Assembly: GCA_963667255.1 (NCBI GenBank)
Contig: OY762940.1
Location: 864,001-928,000 of the forward strand
Reading direction: 5' to 3'
DNA length: 64,000 bases
Source of the DNA: Candidatus Cloacimonadota bacterium
GTDB taxonomy: Bacteria; Cloacimonadota; Cloacimonadia; G963667145
This document shows, piece after piece, positions 1 to 10,005 of this stretch. Position 1 is the first letter of the stretch, and each line of letters opens with the position of its first letter. The notes under the pieces were generated by a model, which worked only from the letters and a program-made list of their open reading frames with translations, was not told where the DNA came from and searched no databases. The position numbers and the translations under genes are program-made.

Positions 1-140
1 CCACAAAAGAGATCAAATAATATGCACATAATTATACCCATGTCTGGAATTGGGAAAAGATTTGTCGATGCTGGGTATAAGGAACCCAAACCTTTAATTA
101 AAGTTGATGGGAAACTTATTATTGAGCATGTATGCAATTT

Positions 141-1251
141 GGGAGTGTGCAAATAACTGGGTCTGAAATAAGACCTAATTATGTTTGACAGAATAAGTTA
201 TGAACATTTATTAAAATGCCATGAGTATAATCAAAAAAAACGCTGTCCAAATTGTGATAGCTTAAACACAAAAAAGAAGGGATATATTTTCTCTGAAAGA
301 ACAACTAATCGTGGGAAAATTAAAGTCAAAACTCAACGATTTTATTGTAAAGATTGCCAAATAAGTTTTACCAATTTTGGATATAATAAGAGAACTCATT
401 TTGCACCAAAATTCAAAGATAAGGTTGTTACTGACTATATTTCAACCAAAAGTTCTCTTTCTGAAGTTGCTAAAAGACATGGGATTTGTAAAAATAGTAT
501 TCTTAATTGGATACCTCAGCGAGCTAATTTATATCAGGATAATGTGTTACACAGCAATATAGATGAGACAACAATTTATATTGATGGCAAGGAAATTAAG
601 ATAAACGGTAAGCGAAAAGTTGTCTTAGTCGCCAGTAGCAAACTACTTGATAAACCAATATATTACAAGATTTATGATAGAGAACATAGTAGTTCATCTG
701 AAGACTTTTTGAATAGACTAAAAAAAATGTATGACAACAAAATAATTGGGATTGTGTCAGATTTTGGGCGAGGGAAGTGCTTTGTTAAGCCAGTTAACCA
801 ACTTTTTGAAGATGTTCCACATCAAATTTGCTTGGTTCATTATTTAAGAAGCGTTAATATCAATGTTCCTAAAACAAAAAAGAGTAAGTTTTTTAGACGA
901 AATATTTTCTTTAAGAACTTGATTAAGAGCATTTTAAATGCTGAAACTTTACAAGAAGCTGAAAATAATTTAAGTTCGCTTAATCACTATGAAAAATTTT
1001 TTCGCCTAAAAATTCATAAGCGTTTTATTAAATCAATTAATCGAAACTTTGGTTTATTAACTGCTCATTTTCATTACGATTTTTTGGATAAAACAACAAA
1101 TAAAATTGAAAATATTAATCGACAATTGAATAGGAAATTAAAAAATTTAGACGGATTTAAATCTGAAAAAAATATGAATCATTTTTTGAAAATTTGGTTC
1201 AATAATTATTCAAAAGGAGTGGAAATTAGACCCAATTAAATGCACGCTCCC
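141..1251 (+). mobile_element. IS256-family insertion sequence, copy 1 (1111 bp)
   Basis: Imperfect 24-bp terminal IRs (GGGAGTGTGCAAATAACTGGGTCT / GGGAGCGTGCATTTAATTGGGTCT, 20/24 match). 8-bp target duplication TGCAATTT at 133-140 and 1252-1259. Confidence 0.95.
181..1239 (+). CDS. DDE transposase, IS256/Mutator family, with N-terminal Zn ribbon and HTH (IS1249/ISC1250-like layout)
   Basis: CPNC...CKDC Zn ribbon, IYIDG, IVSDFG, HQICLVH and TTNKIENIN motifs. Confidence 0.9.
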   Translation: MFDRISYEHLLKCHEYNQKKRCPNCDSLNTKKKGYIFSERTTNRGKIKVKTQRFYCKDCQISFTNFGYNKRTHFAPKFKDKVVTDYISTKSSLSEVAKRHGICKNSILNWIPQRANLYQDNVLHSNIDETTIYIDGKEIKINGKRKVVLVASSKLLDKPIYYKIYDREHSSSSEDFLNRLKKMYDNKIIGIVSDFGRGKCFVKPVNQLFEDVPHQICLVHYLRSVNINVPKTKKSKFFRRNIFFKNLIKSILNAETLQEAENNLSSLNHYEKFFRLKIHKRFIKSINRNFGLLTAHFHYDFLDKTTNKIENINRQLNRKLKNLDGFKSEKNMNHFLKIWFNNYSKGVEIRPN

Positions 1252-2786
1252 TGCAATTTATTTCCTGGGGAAGAAAAGTTTACTTTTATCTGCAATTCCA
1301 ATCATTTAGCAAAAACTAATATTCACAAAATTTTGAAAAAATTAAAGCCTAAAGCGAATGTAATTGAAATTCCTAAACACAAAAAAGGTCCAGTTTATGC
1401 TGTATCTTTAATTTATAATTTAATAGATGACGATGAGGAAGCAATTGTTAATTATTGCGATTTTGGAACATATTGGGATTATAAAGATTTTTTGAGGCAT
1501 ACTAGAAGTAGAAATGCTGATGGAGCTGTTCCTGCTTACAAAGGTTTCCATCCACATATGCTCGGAACAACCAACTATGCTTTTATGAGAGATAATAAGC
1601 AATGGATGTTGGAAATAAAGGAAAAAGAGCCTTTTACTGACAACAGAATGAATGAATATGCATCAAATGGAACTTATTATTTCAAAAAGGGCACATATCT
1701 TAAAAAATATTTTAGCAAACTCATTGATAATGATATAAATCTTGGTGGCGAATATTATGTCTCTCTTGTGTATAATCTTCTCGTTAACGACGGTTTAAAT
1801 GTTTCTATATATGAAATCCAACATATGTTGCAATGGGGAACTCCACAAGATTTGGAAGAATATAAAATTTGGTCTAACTATTTCAGAAATGTTATTGTAA
1901 ATCGTAATGAACTCGAATTTGTCCTTCCCAAAAGTACAATGTTAATTCCATTAGCTGGCAAGGGAAGTCGATTTGCAGATGCTGGTTATAAGATACCCAA
2001 ACCTCTTTTAAAAGTAAGCGGAAAACCAATGATAGTTCAAGCAGCTAATTCTTTGCCTAAAAGTGAATCGCAAGTATTTGTTGTTCTTCAAGAGCATTTA
2101 GATAATTTTTCCCTAAAACAATTTTTATTACAAGAATATCCTAACGCAAAAATTGTTCCAATTAACAAAGTTACGGATGGGCAGGCAATTACTTGTAGCT
2201 TTGGTCTCAAAGGCATTGATAAAAATGCACCTTTATTAATAGGGGCTACAGACAATGGTATGATTATAAATAAAGAAAAATATAATAGGCTAATCAGAGA
2301 TAAAAATGTTGATGCTATTATCTTCACTTTTAGGCATCATATAAGTAGTAAAAATAATCCTGAAATGTATGGCTGGGTAAAAGCTGATTTGCTTAATAAT
2401 GCTCTGTCTATTTCGGTAAAAAAACCAATTTCTAAAAATCCATATAATGATCATGCAATAGTGGGAACTTTTTGGTTTAGGCAAGTTGAATTTTTTAATA
2501 TAGCACTTAATAAATTGATTGATGATGACATAAGAATTAATGGGGAATTTTATGTAGATAGTCTAATGGGAGAATTGATAAAAATAGGGTTCAATGTCAA
2601 AGTTTTGGAAGTAGATAATTATATATGTTGGGGGACTCCAAATGATTATGAAACTTTCTATTATTGGCAAAGTTTTTTTCATAAAGCAAAATGGCATCCA
2701 TATTCGTTAGAAAAAGATCCAACTGTTAATAAATCTAAAATTATTAATCTTGATAAAAAATTCAGAAAATTTGAGCAAAAATTTGA

Positions 2787-3155
2787 ATGAGTAAAAATAA
2801 AAGGGAAATAATAAGATTTATTTTTGCTGGCTTTAGTGCTGTTGGTACGGATTTTGTTATTTATTTTATTTTAATTAATGTTTTGTCTAATAGTTTTTCC
2901 AAAATAATTTCATTTGTGTGTGGAACCATAGTTGCCTATTTGATAAATAAATATTGGACATTTGAAAAACACAAGAAATCATTGATTGAAATGTTTAAAT
3001 TCTTTTTCTTATATTTGCTTACTTTAAGTGTCAATGTGATTACTAATAAGATATTTTTGAATAATTTTAATTTAGTTTATTTTTCTTTTTTAATAGCAAC
3101 TGGAATTAGTACAATACTCAATTTTATTGGGCAAAAATGGTGGGTATTTAGATGA
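2787..3155 (+). CDS. GtrA-family small membrane protein
   Basis: 122 aa, four hydrophobic segments, RF..G...T..DF, YLINKYWTF and NFIGQKWWVF motifs. Confidence 0.85.
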   Translation: MSKNKREIIRFIFAGFSAVGTDFVIYFILINVLSNSFSKIISFVCGTIVAYLINKYWTFEKHKKSLIEMFKFFFLYLLTLSVNVITNKIFLNNFNLVYFSFLIATGISTILNFIGQKWWVFR

Positions 3156-3179
3156 AGATTTTAATTATAGTAAATAAAA

Positions 3180-3890
3180 ATGTGTAAAATGAAATTTTCC
3201 ATTGTTGTTCCTTGCTATAATGAAGCAAAAAACATCCCTTTAATTTTAAATGAATTTGATACTATTATCAAAAGAAACGATATAGAAGTAATTTTGGTTG
3301 ATAACGGCTCAACAGATAATACGAATGAAGTGATCGAATTATATTTGTCCAAGTATAAATTTGCACGGTCAATTAAAATTGATATTAATCAAGGATATGG
3401 ATTTGGAATTGTCAGTGGATTAAATGTAGCTAAAGGGGAGTTGATTGGCTATACCCATGCTGATATGCAGACAAATCCTACCGATCTACTAACCGCATTA
3501 GAAATAGTAGAAAATCTGAAAAATTGTGAAAATTGTTATGTAAAAGGGAATCGTAAAGGAAGACCTTTGTTTGACCAAATTTTTACAATTGGTATGAGTC
3601 TATTTGAATCGTTATATCTAAAAAAAATTCTTTGGGATATAAATGCCCAACCCAATGTGTTTCATAGGAATTTTTTTGAAAAAATAAAAGATAGTTGTCC
3701 CAAAGATTTTTCATTAGATTTGTATTTATTATATATGGCTAAAAAAATGAGATTTAAAGTTATACGATTTAAAGTTGTTTTCCCACCAAGAGTTTTTGGA
3801 AAGTCAAGTTGGAATACAGGAATAATTTCAAAATGGAAATTTATAAAAAGGACATTAGATTTCAGTTATAAGTTGAAAAAGGAAATATAA
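3180..3890 (+). CDS. GT2 glycosyltransferase (DPM1/GtrB-like)
   Basis: SIVVPCYNE, VDNGSTD, NQGYG, HADMQ. Confidence 0.9.
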   Translation: MCKMKFSIVVPCYNEAKNIPLILNEFDTIIKRNDIEVILVDNGSTDNTNEVIELYLSKYKFARSIKIDINQGYGFGIVSGLNVAKGELIGYTHADMQTNPTDLLTALEIVENLKNCENCYVKGNRKGRPLFDQIFTIGMSLFESLYLKKILWDINAQPNVFHRNFFEKIKDSCPKDFSLDLYLLYMAKKMRFKVIRFKVVFPPRVFGKSSWNTGIISKWKFIKRTLDFSYKLKKEI

Positions 3891-3893
3891 AAA

Positions 3894-4487
3894 ATGGAAT
3901 TTATTGCTCATAGGGTAAATACTATAAAAGAACTTGAAAAATTATCTTTAGAATATGGAGTTGAAATAGATTTACGAGACTATAGCAATAGACTTATTCT
4001 TCAACATGACCCCTTTAAAATAGGAGAAGATTTTGAAGAGTATCTAAAACTATATAAACATGGGACAATGATACTTAATATCAAAAGTGAAAGAATTGAA
4101 TTTAGGATTTTGGAATTACTAAAAAAATACAATATTTCTAACTATTTCTTTTTGGATTGTTCTTTTCCAATGATTAATCTTCTTACAGAAAATGAAGAAA
4201 AAAATATCGCTTTAAGATTTTCTGAGTATGAAGGATTGGATACAATTTTAAATATGAAAGAAAAAATTAAATGGATATGGGTTGATTGTTTCACAAAATT
4301 ACCCATAGATAAAGAGAGTTATGCTATATTAAAACAAAATAATTTTAAATTGTGTTTAGTTTCCCCTGAACTTCAAAATCAAAAAGAAAAATTAGCTGAA
4401 TATAAACAATACTTGCTAAATAACCAAATAGAATTTGATGCTGTTTGTACGAAGGAATGTAACATTAGCTATTGGGATAAGTTTTAG
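3894..4487 (+). CDS. Glycerophosphodiester phosphodiesterase/PLC-like protein
   Basis: IAHR, GVEIDLR, HDPF, LNIK motifs; lies in a glycosylation operon. Confidence 0.65.
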   Translation: MEFIAHRVNTIKELEKLSLEYGVEIDLRDYSNRLILQHDPFKIGEDFEEYLKLYKHGTMILNIKSERIEFRILELLKKYNISNYFFLDCSFPMINLLTENEEKNIALRFSEYEGLDTILNMKEKIKWIWVDCFTKLPIDKESYAILKQNNFKLCLVSPELQNQKEKLAEYKQYLLNNQIEFDAVCTKECNISYWDKF

Positions 4488-4496
4488 TTTCAGCGT

Positions 4497-5660
4497 TTAT
4501 TGCCCGAGAATAGCTTTATTTTCCGTGATAAACAGAATAAATGGTAAGCAAAGTAAATTGGCGATTGCGGCAATGATGAAGGTAGTATTAAATCCGTAAA
4601 TATCGAAGAGAACTCCGGCGGAGTAAGCCATCAGGGAGTTAATTCCCAAATTTAGCGACATAAAAACGGCGTTCAAAAAAGCGGGATTGTTTTTATCGGA
4701 ACTGTTAATAGTCGCCAGTAAAATCGGTCCGTTGGCAAATGTGCTCAGTCCGATGCCTATTAAGCAAATTATTGTAACATATTGGTTGGACTGAAATTGG
4801 TTAAGTGCTATCAGAAATACAGACGACAAAACAACTGTTATGCCGAGAAGTTTGCGGCGAGAGAATTTGTCGGAAAGAGTTCCTGCACAGAATACACCTA
4901 TAGCTCCGAAAAATTGGACAATTGCCAAAGCTGAGCCTCCGATGACCAAACTTTTGCCCAGCGATGAGTAGTAAGTTGGGAGGAAAATTGTTACGGAAGC
5001 TTTCAAAATCCCCGCTGTCATATAAATTCCCGATATTCCTACGACTAATTTTGAGTGTTTTTTTAGCGTTCGTAATGCGTTGTTATGCTTGAAGTTACTG
5101 TTTGGTTTTTGTTCCACTTTTTCTTCTTTTAGTTTAAAGAAGAAATATATTGTTGAGATGATGACGGGCAAGAGTAGATAGTAGAGTTTGTGTTCGCCCA
5201 AGGTGGAAATCCCCCAGACGAAGAGCACAGGACCGGCGAAGCGGGCAATCTCCCCTCCTAACATATAGAAGCTCATTCCTTTTCCTATTAGTTCTCCCGA
5301 TAAATGTCTGACCATTACCGGTGCGGGAATATGGAACAACAGGACATTAGTTCCGCAAAATAGGAGCACGACGATTAGTGCCAAATAGTTAGGGCATTCA
5401 GTCAGGAAGCACATACAGATAGCAGAAACCAAAGGTCCGAAAATCACGAAAAACCGTAGGCTTATTCTATCTGCGATTATACCCAAAAATGGAGTGAAAA
5501 TTGAGGGAGCACGAAAAGCTACATTGAGCATAGCGGCTTGTGAATATGATAGCGAGAGGTTTTTTATCAGGACAGGTAGCACGGGTGAGATGAAAGAGGA
5601 GTAAACATCGTGCATAAAATGCCCGAAGGACACTAATATTATTTTGGAAGTTTTAAACAT
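4497..5660 (-). CDS. MFS transporter (Fsr-like)
   Basis: About 12 hydrophobic segments; GHFMHDVYSSF; GIIADR and GTLSDKFSRR motif-A loops. Confidence 0.85.
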   Translation of the reverse strand: MFKTSKIILVSFGHFMHDVYSSFISPVLPVLIKNLSLSYSQAAMLNVAFRAPSIFTPFLGIIADRISLRFFVIFGPLVSAICMCFLTECPNYLALIVVLLFCGTNVLLFHIPAPVMVRHLSGELIGKGMSFYMLGGEIARFAGPVLFVWGISTLGEHKLYYLLLPVIISTIYFFFKLKEEKVEQKPNSNFKHNNALRTLKKHSKLVVGISGIYMTAGILKASVTIFLPTYYSSLGKSLVIGGSALAIVQFFGAIGVFCAGTLSDKFSRRKLLGITVVLSSVFLIALNQFQSNQYVTIICLIGIGLSTFANGPILLATINSSDKNNPAFLNAVFMSLNLGINSLMAYSAGVLFDIYGFNTTFIIAAIANLLCLPFILFITENKAILGQ

Positions 5661-5699
5661 TAAAAAGAGCTATGATTAAACAAAAAGCTTATAGCAAAA

Positions 5700-6194
5700 C
5701 TATGTTGAGGCTTTGCAATTGCTTTTGTTGGCAATTGCCTTGAGCACCGTTTTGGGGACAAATTCTTCTAATTCGCCACCCAACATCAAAACTTGTCTTA
5801 CTATGGATGAGGAAAGATAGAGATTGCGAAAATCTGGCATAAAGAAAATTGTTTCCAAATTGGGTGAGAGCTTTTTATTTGTGAGGCTTTGCTGTAGTTC
5901 ATATTCAAAATCGCCCATTGCTCTCAATCCTCTAACAAGAAAATCAGCATTTTTTTTATTGGCAAAATCGACGATTAAACCTCTGAAATTTTCTACCTCT
6001 ACGAAAGGATGATTTTTGAGTGCTTCTTTGCAAATTTGTGTTCGCTCTTCCAGTGTGAATAAAGAGTCCTTGCAAGTATGATAGGCGACGGCTACTATAA
6101 CTTTATCGAAGAGCTTACCAGCTTTTTCTATGATATTTATGTGACCGTTGGTAATGGGGTCAAAAGTCCCTGGATAAATTGCGATTTTATTCAT
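5700..6194 (-). CDS. coaD: Phosphopantetheine adenylyltransferase
   Basis: YPGTFDPITNGH, VRGLR..DFEYE, LSSSIVR. Confidence 0.97.
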   Translation of the reverse strand: MNKIAIYPGTFDPITNGHINIIEKAGKLFDKVIVAVAYHTCKDSLFTLEERTQICKEALKNHPFVEVENFRGLIVDFANKKNADFLVRGLRAMGDFEYELQQSLTNKKLSPNLETIFFMPDFRNLYLSSSIVRQVLMLGGELEEFVPKTVLKAIANKSNCKAST

Positions 6195-7329
6195 TTTGCT
6201 CTTTAGAGTTAGGATTCGTCAAGAAACTCGGTTTAAAATTTTTGGCGTTCTGAATATTTTTGATTTTGCGAAAAGCTATAGATTGTTCTTCGGAATTTCT
6301 ATCAGCTTCTTTTTTGATAAAACCTAATTTAGTTTTTTCATCTTTGTTTTCTGTTTTTATGAAATCGTTGGAAATATTTAATCCTGTAGCAATCAAGATG
6401 ATTTTAATTGAGCCAGAGAGATTGTGGTCAATAACTAATCCCTTTATCACATCAACATTGGAATGGATTTTGTTGGCTATAATTCCCGTTGATTGTTCGA
6501 ACTCCGCCATTTGCAAATCTGTTCCTCCGATTACATTAATAATAACGGAGTCGCAGGAATCCAGTTTCATATTGGTGGTTATGATGTTTTCGAAGATTTC
6601 GTTGAAAGCGTCCTCAATTCTGTTTTCGCCTCTTCCCGTTCCACTGCAAATAATGGCATAGCCTTTATCTTTGATAACTTTTTTGATATCAGCAAAGTCC
6701 ACATTTATGTAACCTGTTTCATTCATGGTCAGACAGATGCTGTCAATGATATCCAAAAAAATTCCGTTTCCTTTGGCGAAAGCATCGAAGACGGAAAGAT
6801 TGTTGAACTTCTCCAAAATTTTTTGGTTGGGGAAGATGATTAAAACATCTGCACTCTCTTTTATTTTTAGGAGTCCTGCATTAGCATTTTCGAGTCTGAC
6901 TTTTCCTTCGGAGTTGAATGGCATAGTAACGGCAGCGATGGTAAGGATGTTCATATTGCGGGCAGTTTCTACGATGAATGGGGTCGCTCCTGTCCCTGTC
7001 CCGCCACCGAGTCCTGCCAAGCAAAACAGAATGTCTGTTCCTTCCAGAGCGTCTATTATCATCTGTTTAGATTCTTTGGCGGATTCGAGACCGATTTTCG
7101 GCTCTGACCCAGCTCCCAATCCAGATGTTATTTCCGGTCCGATATTGAGTGTGTTTGTCAACTCCTTGCTATTCAAATCGTTACAATCGGTGTTGATTGC
7201 CAAAGGGTAAAAAGAGCTTTTGGAATTTTTGATGACATACGACAAAATATTGGAACCTGCTCCGCCTATCCCGAATATTTTTATGTTGCCTTTATAGATT
7301 TGAGGCTTGGTTGCAATTTCTATTTCCAT
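6187..7329 (-). CDS. ftsZ: Cell division protein FtsZ
   Basis: GIGGAGSN, GLGAG, GLGGGTGTG, INVDFAD; follows ftsA. Confidence 0.95.
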   Translation of the reverse strand: MEIEIATKPQIYKGNIKIFGIGGAGSNILSYVIKNSKSSFYPLAINTDCNDLNSKELTNTLNIGPEITSGLGAGSEPKIGLESAKESKQMIIDALEGTDILFCLAGLGGGTGTGATPFIVETARNMNILTIAAVTMPFNSEGKVRLENANAGLLKIKESADVLIIFPNQKILEKFNNLSVFDAFAKGNGIFLDIIDSICLTMNETGYINVDFADIKKVIKDKGYAIICSGTGRGENRIEDAFNEIFENIITTNMKLDSCDSVIINVIGGTDLQMAEFEQSTGIIANKIHSNVDVIKGLVIDHNLSGSIKIILIATGLNISNDFIKTENKDEKTKLGFIKKEADRNSEEQSIAFRKIKNIQNAKNFKPSFLTNPNSKEQNE

Positions 7330-7334
7330 AGCTG

Positions 7335-8576
7335 TTAGATAAAATCTTTAAAGAATTTTGATACTTTTGATAAAAAATCGTCTTTGAGAAATTTTTTGTT
7401 CATTTGAGGAGTGCTTTCTTTTTCCGACCAATGTAGAAGAAGACCGACGGTGGAAGCATATTCCACATCTTGTAGTCGCGTAATTTTTTCTCCGCAAAAG
7501 TCATCAAGATTTGGCTTCTTGAGACAAACGAACATCTGATTTTGAAAAGCTTCTTCCAAGAGAGTTTGCAATGCCGGCAATTTGGAACAACCGCCACAGA
7601 GGACTATGCCCACGGAGATGTTTCTCAAAATATTGTTGTTCAAAAAATTGCTGTATATCGCATCAACTATTTCCTTGGTTTGATAGATGATGATTTCGTT
7701 GATGGTTTCTGTGGAGACTGTCTTTATGCGTTGCCCGTTCAATTCGGTAATTTCTACATCTTTTTCTGTGCTCAAATCAGCCAGTTTGATTTTTTCGGCT
7801 GTTGCCAGTTTTGTGTTCAATCCGATTGCAAGAGCTTCTGTGATATTTTTTCCGCCGAGAGGAATAACTTTGGTGTAATAGAGCGTGCCACCGGAATAGA
7901 TGCTGATATCCGAAGTTCCGGAGCCGATGTCCAAGCAGATTGCTCCGTAAAGCTTTTCTTCTTCTTCCAAAATCGCCATCGAAGAGGCGAGCCCGCTGTA
8001 GATAAAGCGAATTACTTTGCATCCTGCTAATTCCACACATTTGTTGATGTCGCGGAGATTGGAGCGTTTGGCGAAGATAATGTGGACTTCCGATTTCAAT
8101 TCGCAACCGTATTTCCCAACAGGATTTTCTATGAGAGTCGGGTCGTTGTCTATGGCGTAGTTGCGAGGGATAGCGTGAATAATGCTGAGATTTTCTTTGT
8201 CTTTGTTTTCCAAAAGAGCTTTATTCTTGGCGTTATCGATGACATCCTTGATGTTTTTTTCTTTGATTTCGGTCTCTTCGTAGTTGCTGATGGTAATAGT
8301 CCCGCCAACATTGCTGTGCTCGATGTAATCTCCAGAAATTCCGACCAAGACGGATTCTATCTTGATGCCTGCTTCTTCCTCGGCGATGGATATAGCGGAG
8401 AGGATGCTATCTTTGGTGCGATAAATGTCGCTTACAATTCCACCCTTCAGACCTTCCGAAGGACTTTCGCCACTTCCTAAGATTTCCAGTTTGTTATCTT
8501 GAGAAAAACATGCTATGACGGCATAAATTTTACTGGTGCCAATATCGATGACGGCGAAGTTGTTGGAACGACTCAT
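7335..8576 (-). CDS. ftsA: Cell division protein FtsA
   Basis: IDIGTSKI, LDIGSGTSD, IVLCGG, YASTVGL; dcw position. Confidence 0.95.
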   Translation of the reverse strand: MSRSNNFAVIDIGTSKIYAVIACFSQDNKLEILGSGESPSEGLKGGIVSDIYRTKDSILSAISIAEEEAGIKIESVLVGISGDYIEHSNVGGTITISNYEETEIKEKNIKDVIDNAKNKALLENKDKENLSIIHAIPRNYAIDNDPTLIENPVGKYGCELKSEVHIIFAKRSNLRDINKCVELAGCKVIRFIYSGLASSMAILEEEEKLYGAICLDIGSGTSDISIYSGGTLYYTKVIPLGGKNITEALAIGLNTKLATAEKIKLADLSTEKDVEITELNGQRIKTVSTETINEIIIYQTKEIVDAIYSNFLNNNILRNISVGIVLCGGCSKLPALQTLLEEAFQNQMFVCLKKPNLDDFCGEKITRLQDVEYASTVGLLLHWSEKESTPQMNKKFLKDDFLSKVSKFFKDFI

Positions 8577-9254
8577 TTATTTCTCCAGCTCCTTGTAAAT
8601 CAATTGTTTCTTGAAAGATAAATCTATCACTTTGTTTTTGAGGTCAATACTTTTCTCTAAACTTTTGAGTTTGTTAATTTTACCCAAAATATCGCCGGGA
8701 CCTAAGCAAACATAGTTAATTGGACTGGATTTTAGAAAATACAATTTGTCGTTTTTATAAGAAAATTCCGAGATTAATTTTGCAAATTCGGGGTCTTTGG
8801 ACAGAATTTCGTTATAGAGGGAGTAGATTTCGTTAATTTGGGGATTGTCGATTGTGTCTCCGAGACTGTAGTAGGGTATGTCCAAATTGATAATGGGAAC
8901 CGGAGAATAATTTTGAAATTCCATAACAACTTTGTTTTTGCTCAATGGGGTATAGTAATTTTTCGTTTTCAGAAGAAAATAGTCTTCTTGATACAAGGGT
9001 GAAACGATGATGGCGTTCGGGAAAGATTTTTTCAATTTGCAGTCGTAAATTCTCGGAGAGTTCAATTTGTCGAGGATTTGTTGTTTGCTGACGGAGAAAA
9101 TATTTTTTCCGAGAAAATCGTCGAAACGAGGGTCGCTTTGCTCGGTTTTGTTGAGGCGAATGGATGCCACGCTGAAGTATGAGGACTGGATAAAAAAGAT
9201 AAATCCACCAATCAGCAAAAGGATTGCCAAGAGTAGTATAAGTTTTTTTTTCAT
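8577..9254 (-). CDS. ftsQ: FtsQ/DivIB-like protein
   Basis: N-terminal TM helix, POTRA-like KKSFPNAI, C-terminal IDLSF; lies between murB and ftsA. Confidence 0.7.
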   Translation of the reverse strand: MKKKLILLLAILLLIGGFIFFIQSSYFSVASIRLNKTEQSDPRFDDFLGKNIFSVSKQQILDKLNSPRIYDCKLKKSFPNAIIVSPLYQEDYFLLKTKNYYTPLSKNKVVMEFQNYSPVPIINLDIPYYSLGDTIDNPQINEIYSLYNEILSKDPEFAKLISEFSYKNDKLYFLKSSPINYVCLGPGDILGKINKLKSLEKSIDLKNKVIDLSFKKQLIYKELEK

Positions 9255-9979
9255 GAGATTTTTATCTCCATTGTTAGGGTTATATTGAACTGTTTTTTTA
9301 TTTCGGCTTGCACGAATTTGATTAACGCTACGACATCGCCAGAGGTTGCGTTGCCGGTATTTATGATGAAATTCGCATGCTTTTCACTGATTTTTGCTCC
9401 GCCGATACTTTTGCCTTTTAAATTTGCTTTGTCGATTAATTCTCCTGCACTTATGTTTTCGGGATTTGTGAAGATACAACCCAAATTAGGAGATTTGAGA
9501 GGTTGCGATTTTAGGCGTTGAGCAATATTATTTTTGACTTTTTTTTGGATATTTTCTCTCGAATCGGTCTGAAGAGCTATTTTTATTTCGTAAATATATC
9601 CATCAATGTCGGTAGAGCGGTAAGAATATGGAAATTCTTTGATGAGGTGTGTTTCGTTTTGGGGATTGATGGTGAGCAGGCTGTTTACCATGGGACAGAT
9701 TGATTGTCCATAAGCTCCTGCGTTCATCTTCACAAGACCACCGATATTGGCAGGGATACCGGCGAGAAATTCCAAACCGCCCAAATCTCTTTTTGCTGCT
9801 TCGTGTATGAGGTAGTTGACATTGACATTGGCAGAGACGATAACGGTGTTTTCCTCGAAAACAATTTTTTTGGGCATCAGATTGTCACAAAAGATTTTTT
9901 GCTCTCCGGTCAGCAGAGAGTTAGAACCACCGCTGACAATAGAAAAATCTTGTCTTAGCAATTGGGAAACCTCTTCCAA
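9251..9979 (-). CDS. murB: UDP-N-acetylenolpyruvoylglucosamine reductase (true start may lie upstream, near 10042)
   Basis: GGSNSL, GLEFLAGIPANIGG..KMNAGAYG, YSYR, GCIFTNP, SEKHANFIIN. Confidence 0.92.
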   Translation of the reverse strand: MEEVSQLLRQDFSIVSGGSNSLLTGEQKIFCDNLMPKKIVFEENTVIVSANVNVNYLIHEAAKRDLGGLEFLAGIPANIGGLVKMNAGAYGQSICPMVNSLLTINPQNETHLIKEFPYSYRSTDIDGYIYEIKIALQTDSRENIQKKVKNNIAQRLKSQPLKSPNLGCIFTNPENISAGELIDKANLKGKSIGGAKISEKHANFIINTGNATSGDVVALIKFVQAEIKKQFNITLTMEIKIS

Positions 9980-10005
9980 GTTTTGCGGGTAATATCCTTG
10001 CGAAT

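Larger units (their letters stand above)
22..2790 (+). pseudogene. Tandem two-domain sugar-nucleotidyltransferase-family gene interrupted by IS copy 1 (about 549 aa when reconstructed)
   Basis: ATG at 22 reads MHIIIPMSGIGKRFVDAGYKEPKPLIKVDGK...EHVCNL and resumes in frame at 1252 (CNLFPGEE...). The second domain has the same motif, LIPLAGKGSRFADAGYKIPKPLL. Both halves end in WGTP motifs. Confidence 0.85.

Noticed and set aside
377..562. 61-aa ORF repeated in all IS copies
   Set aside because: Alternative frame inside the transposase with no motif or RBS; it recurs only because the IS does.
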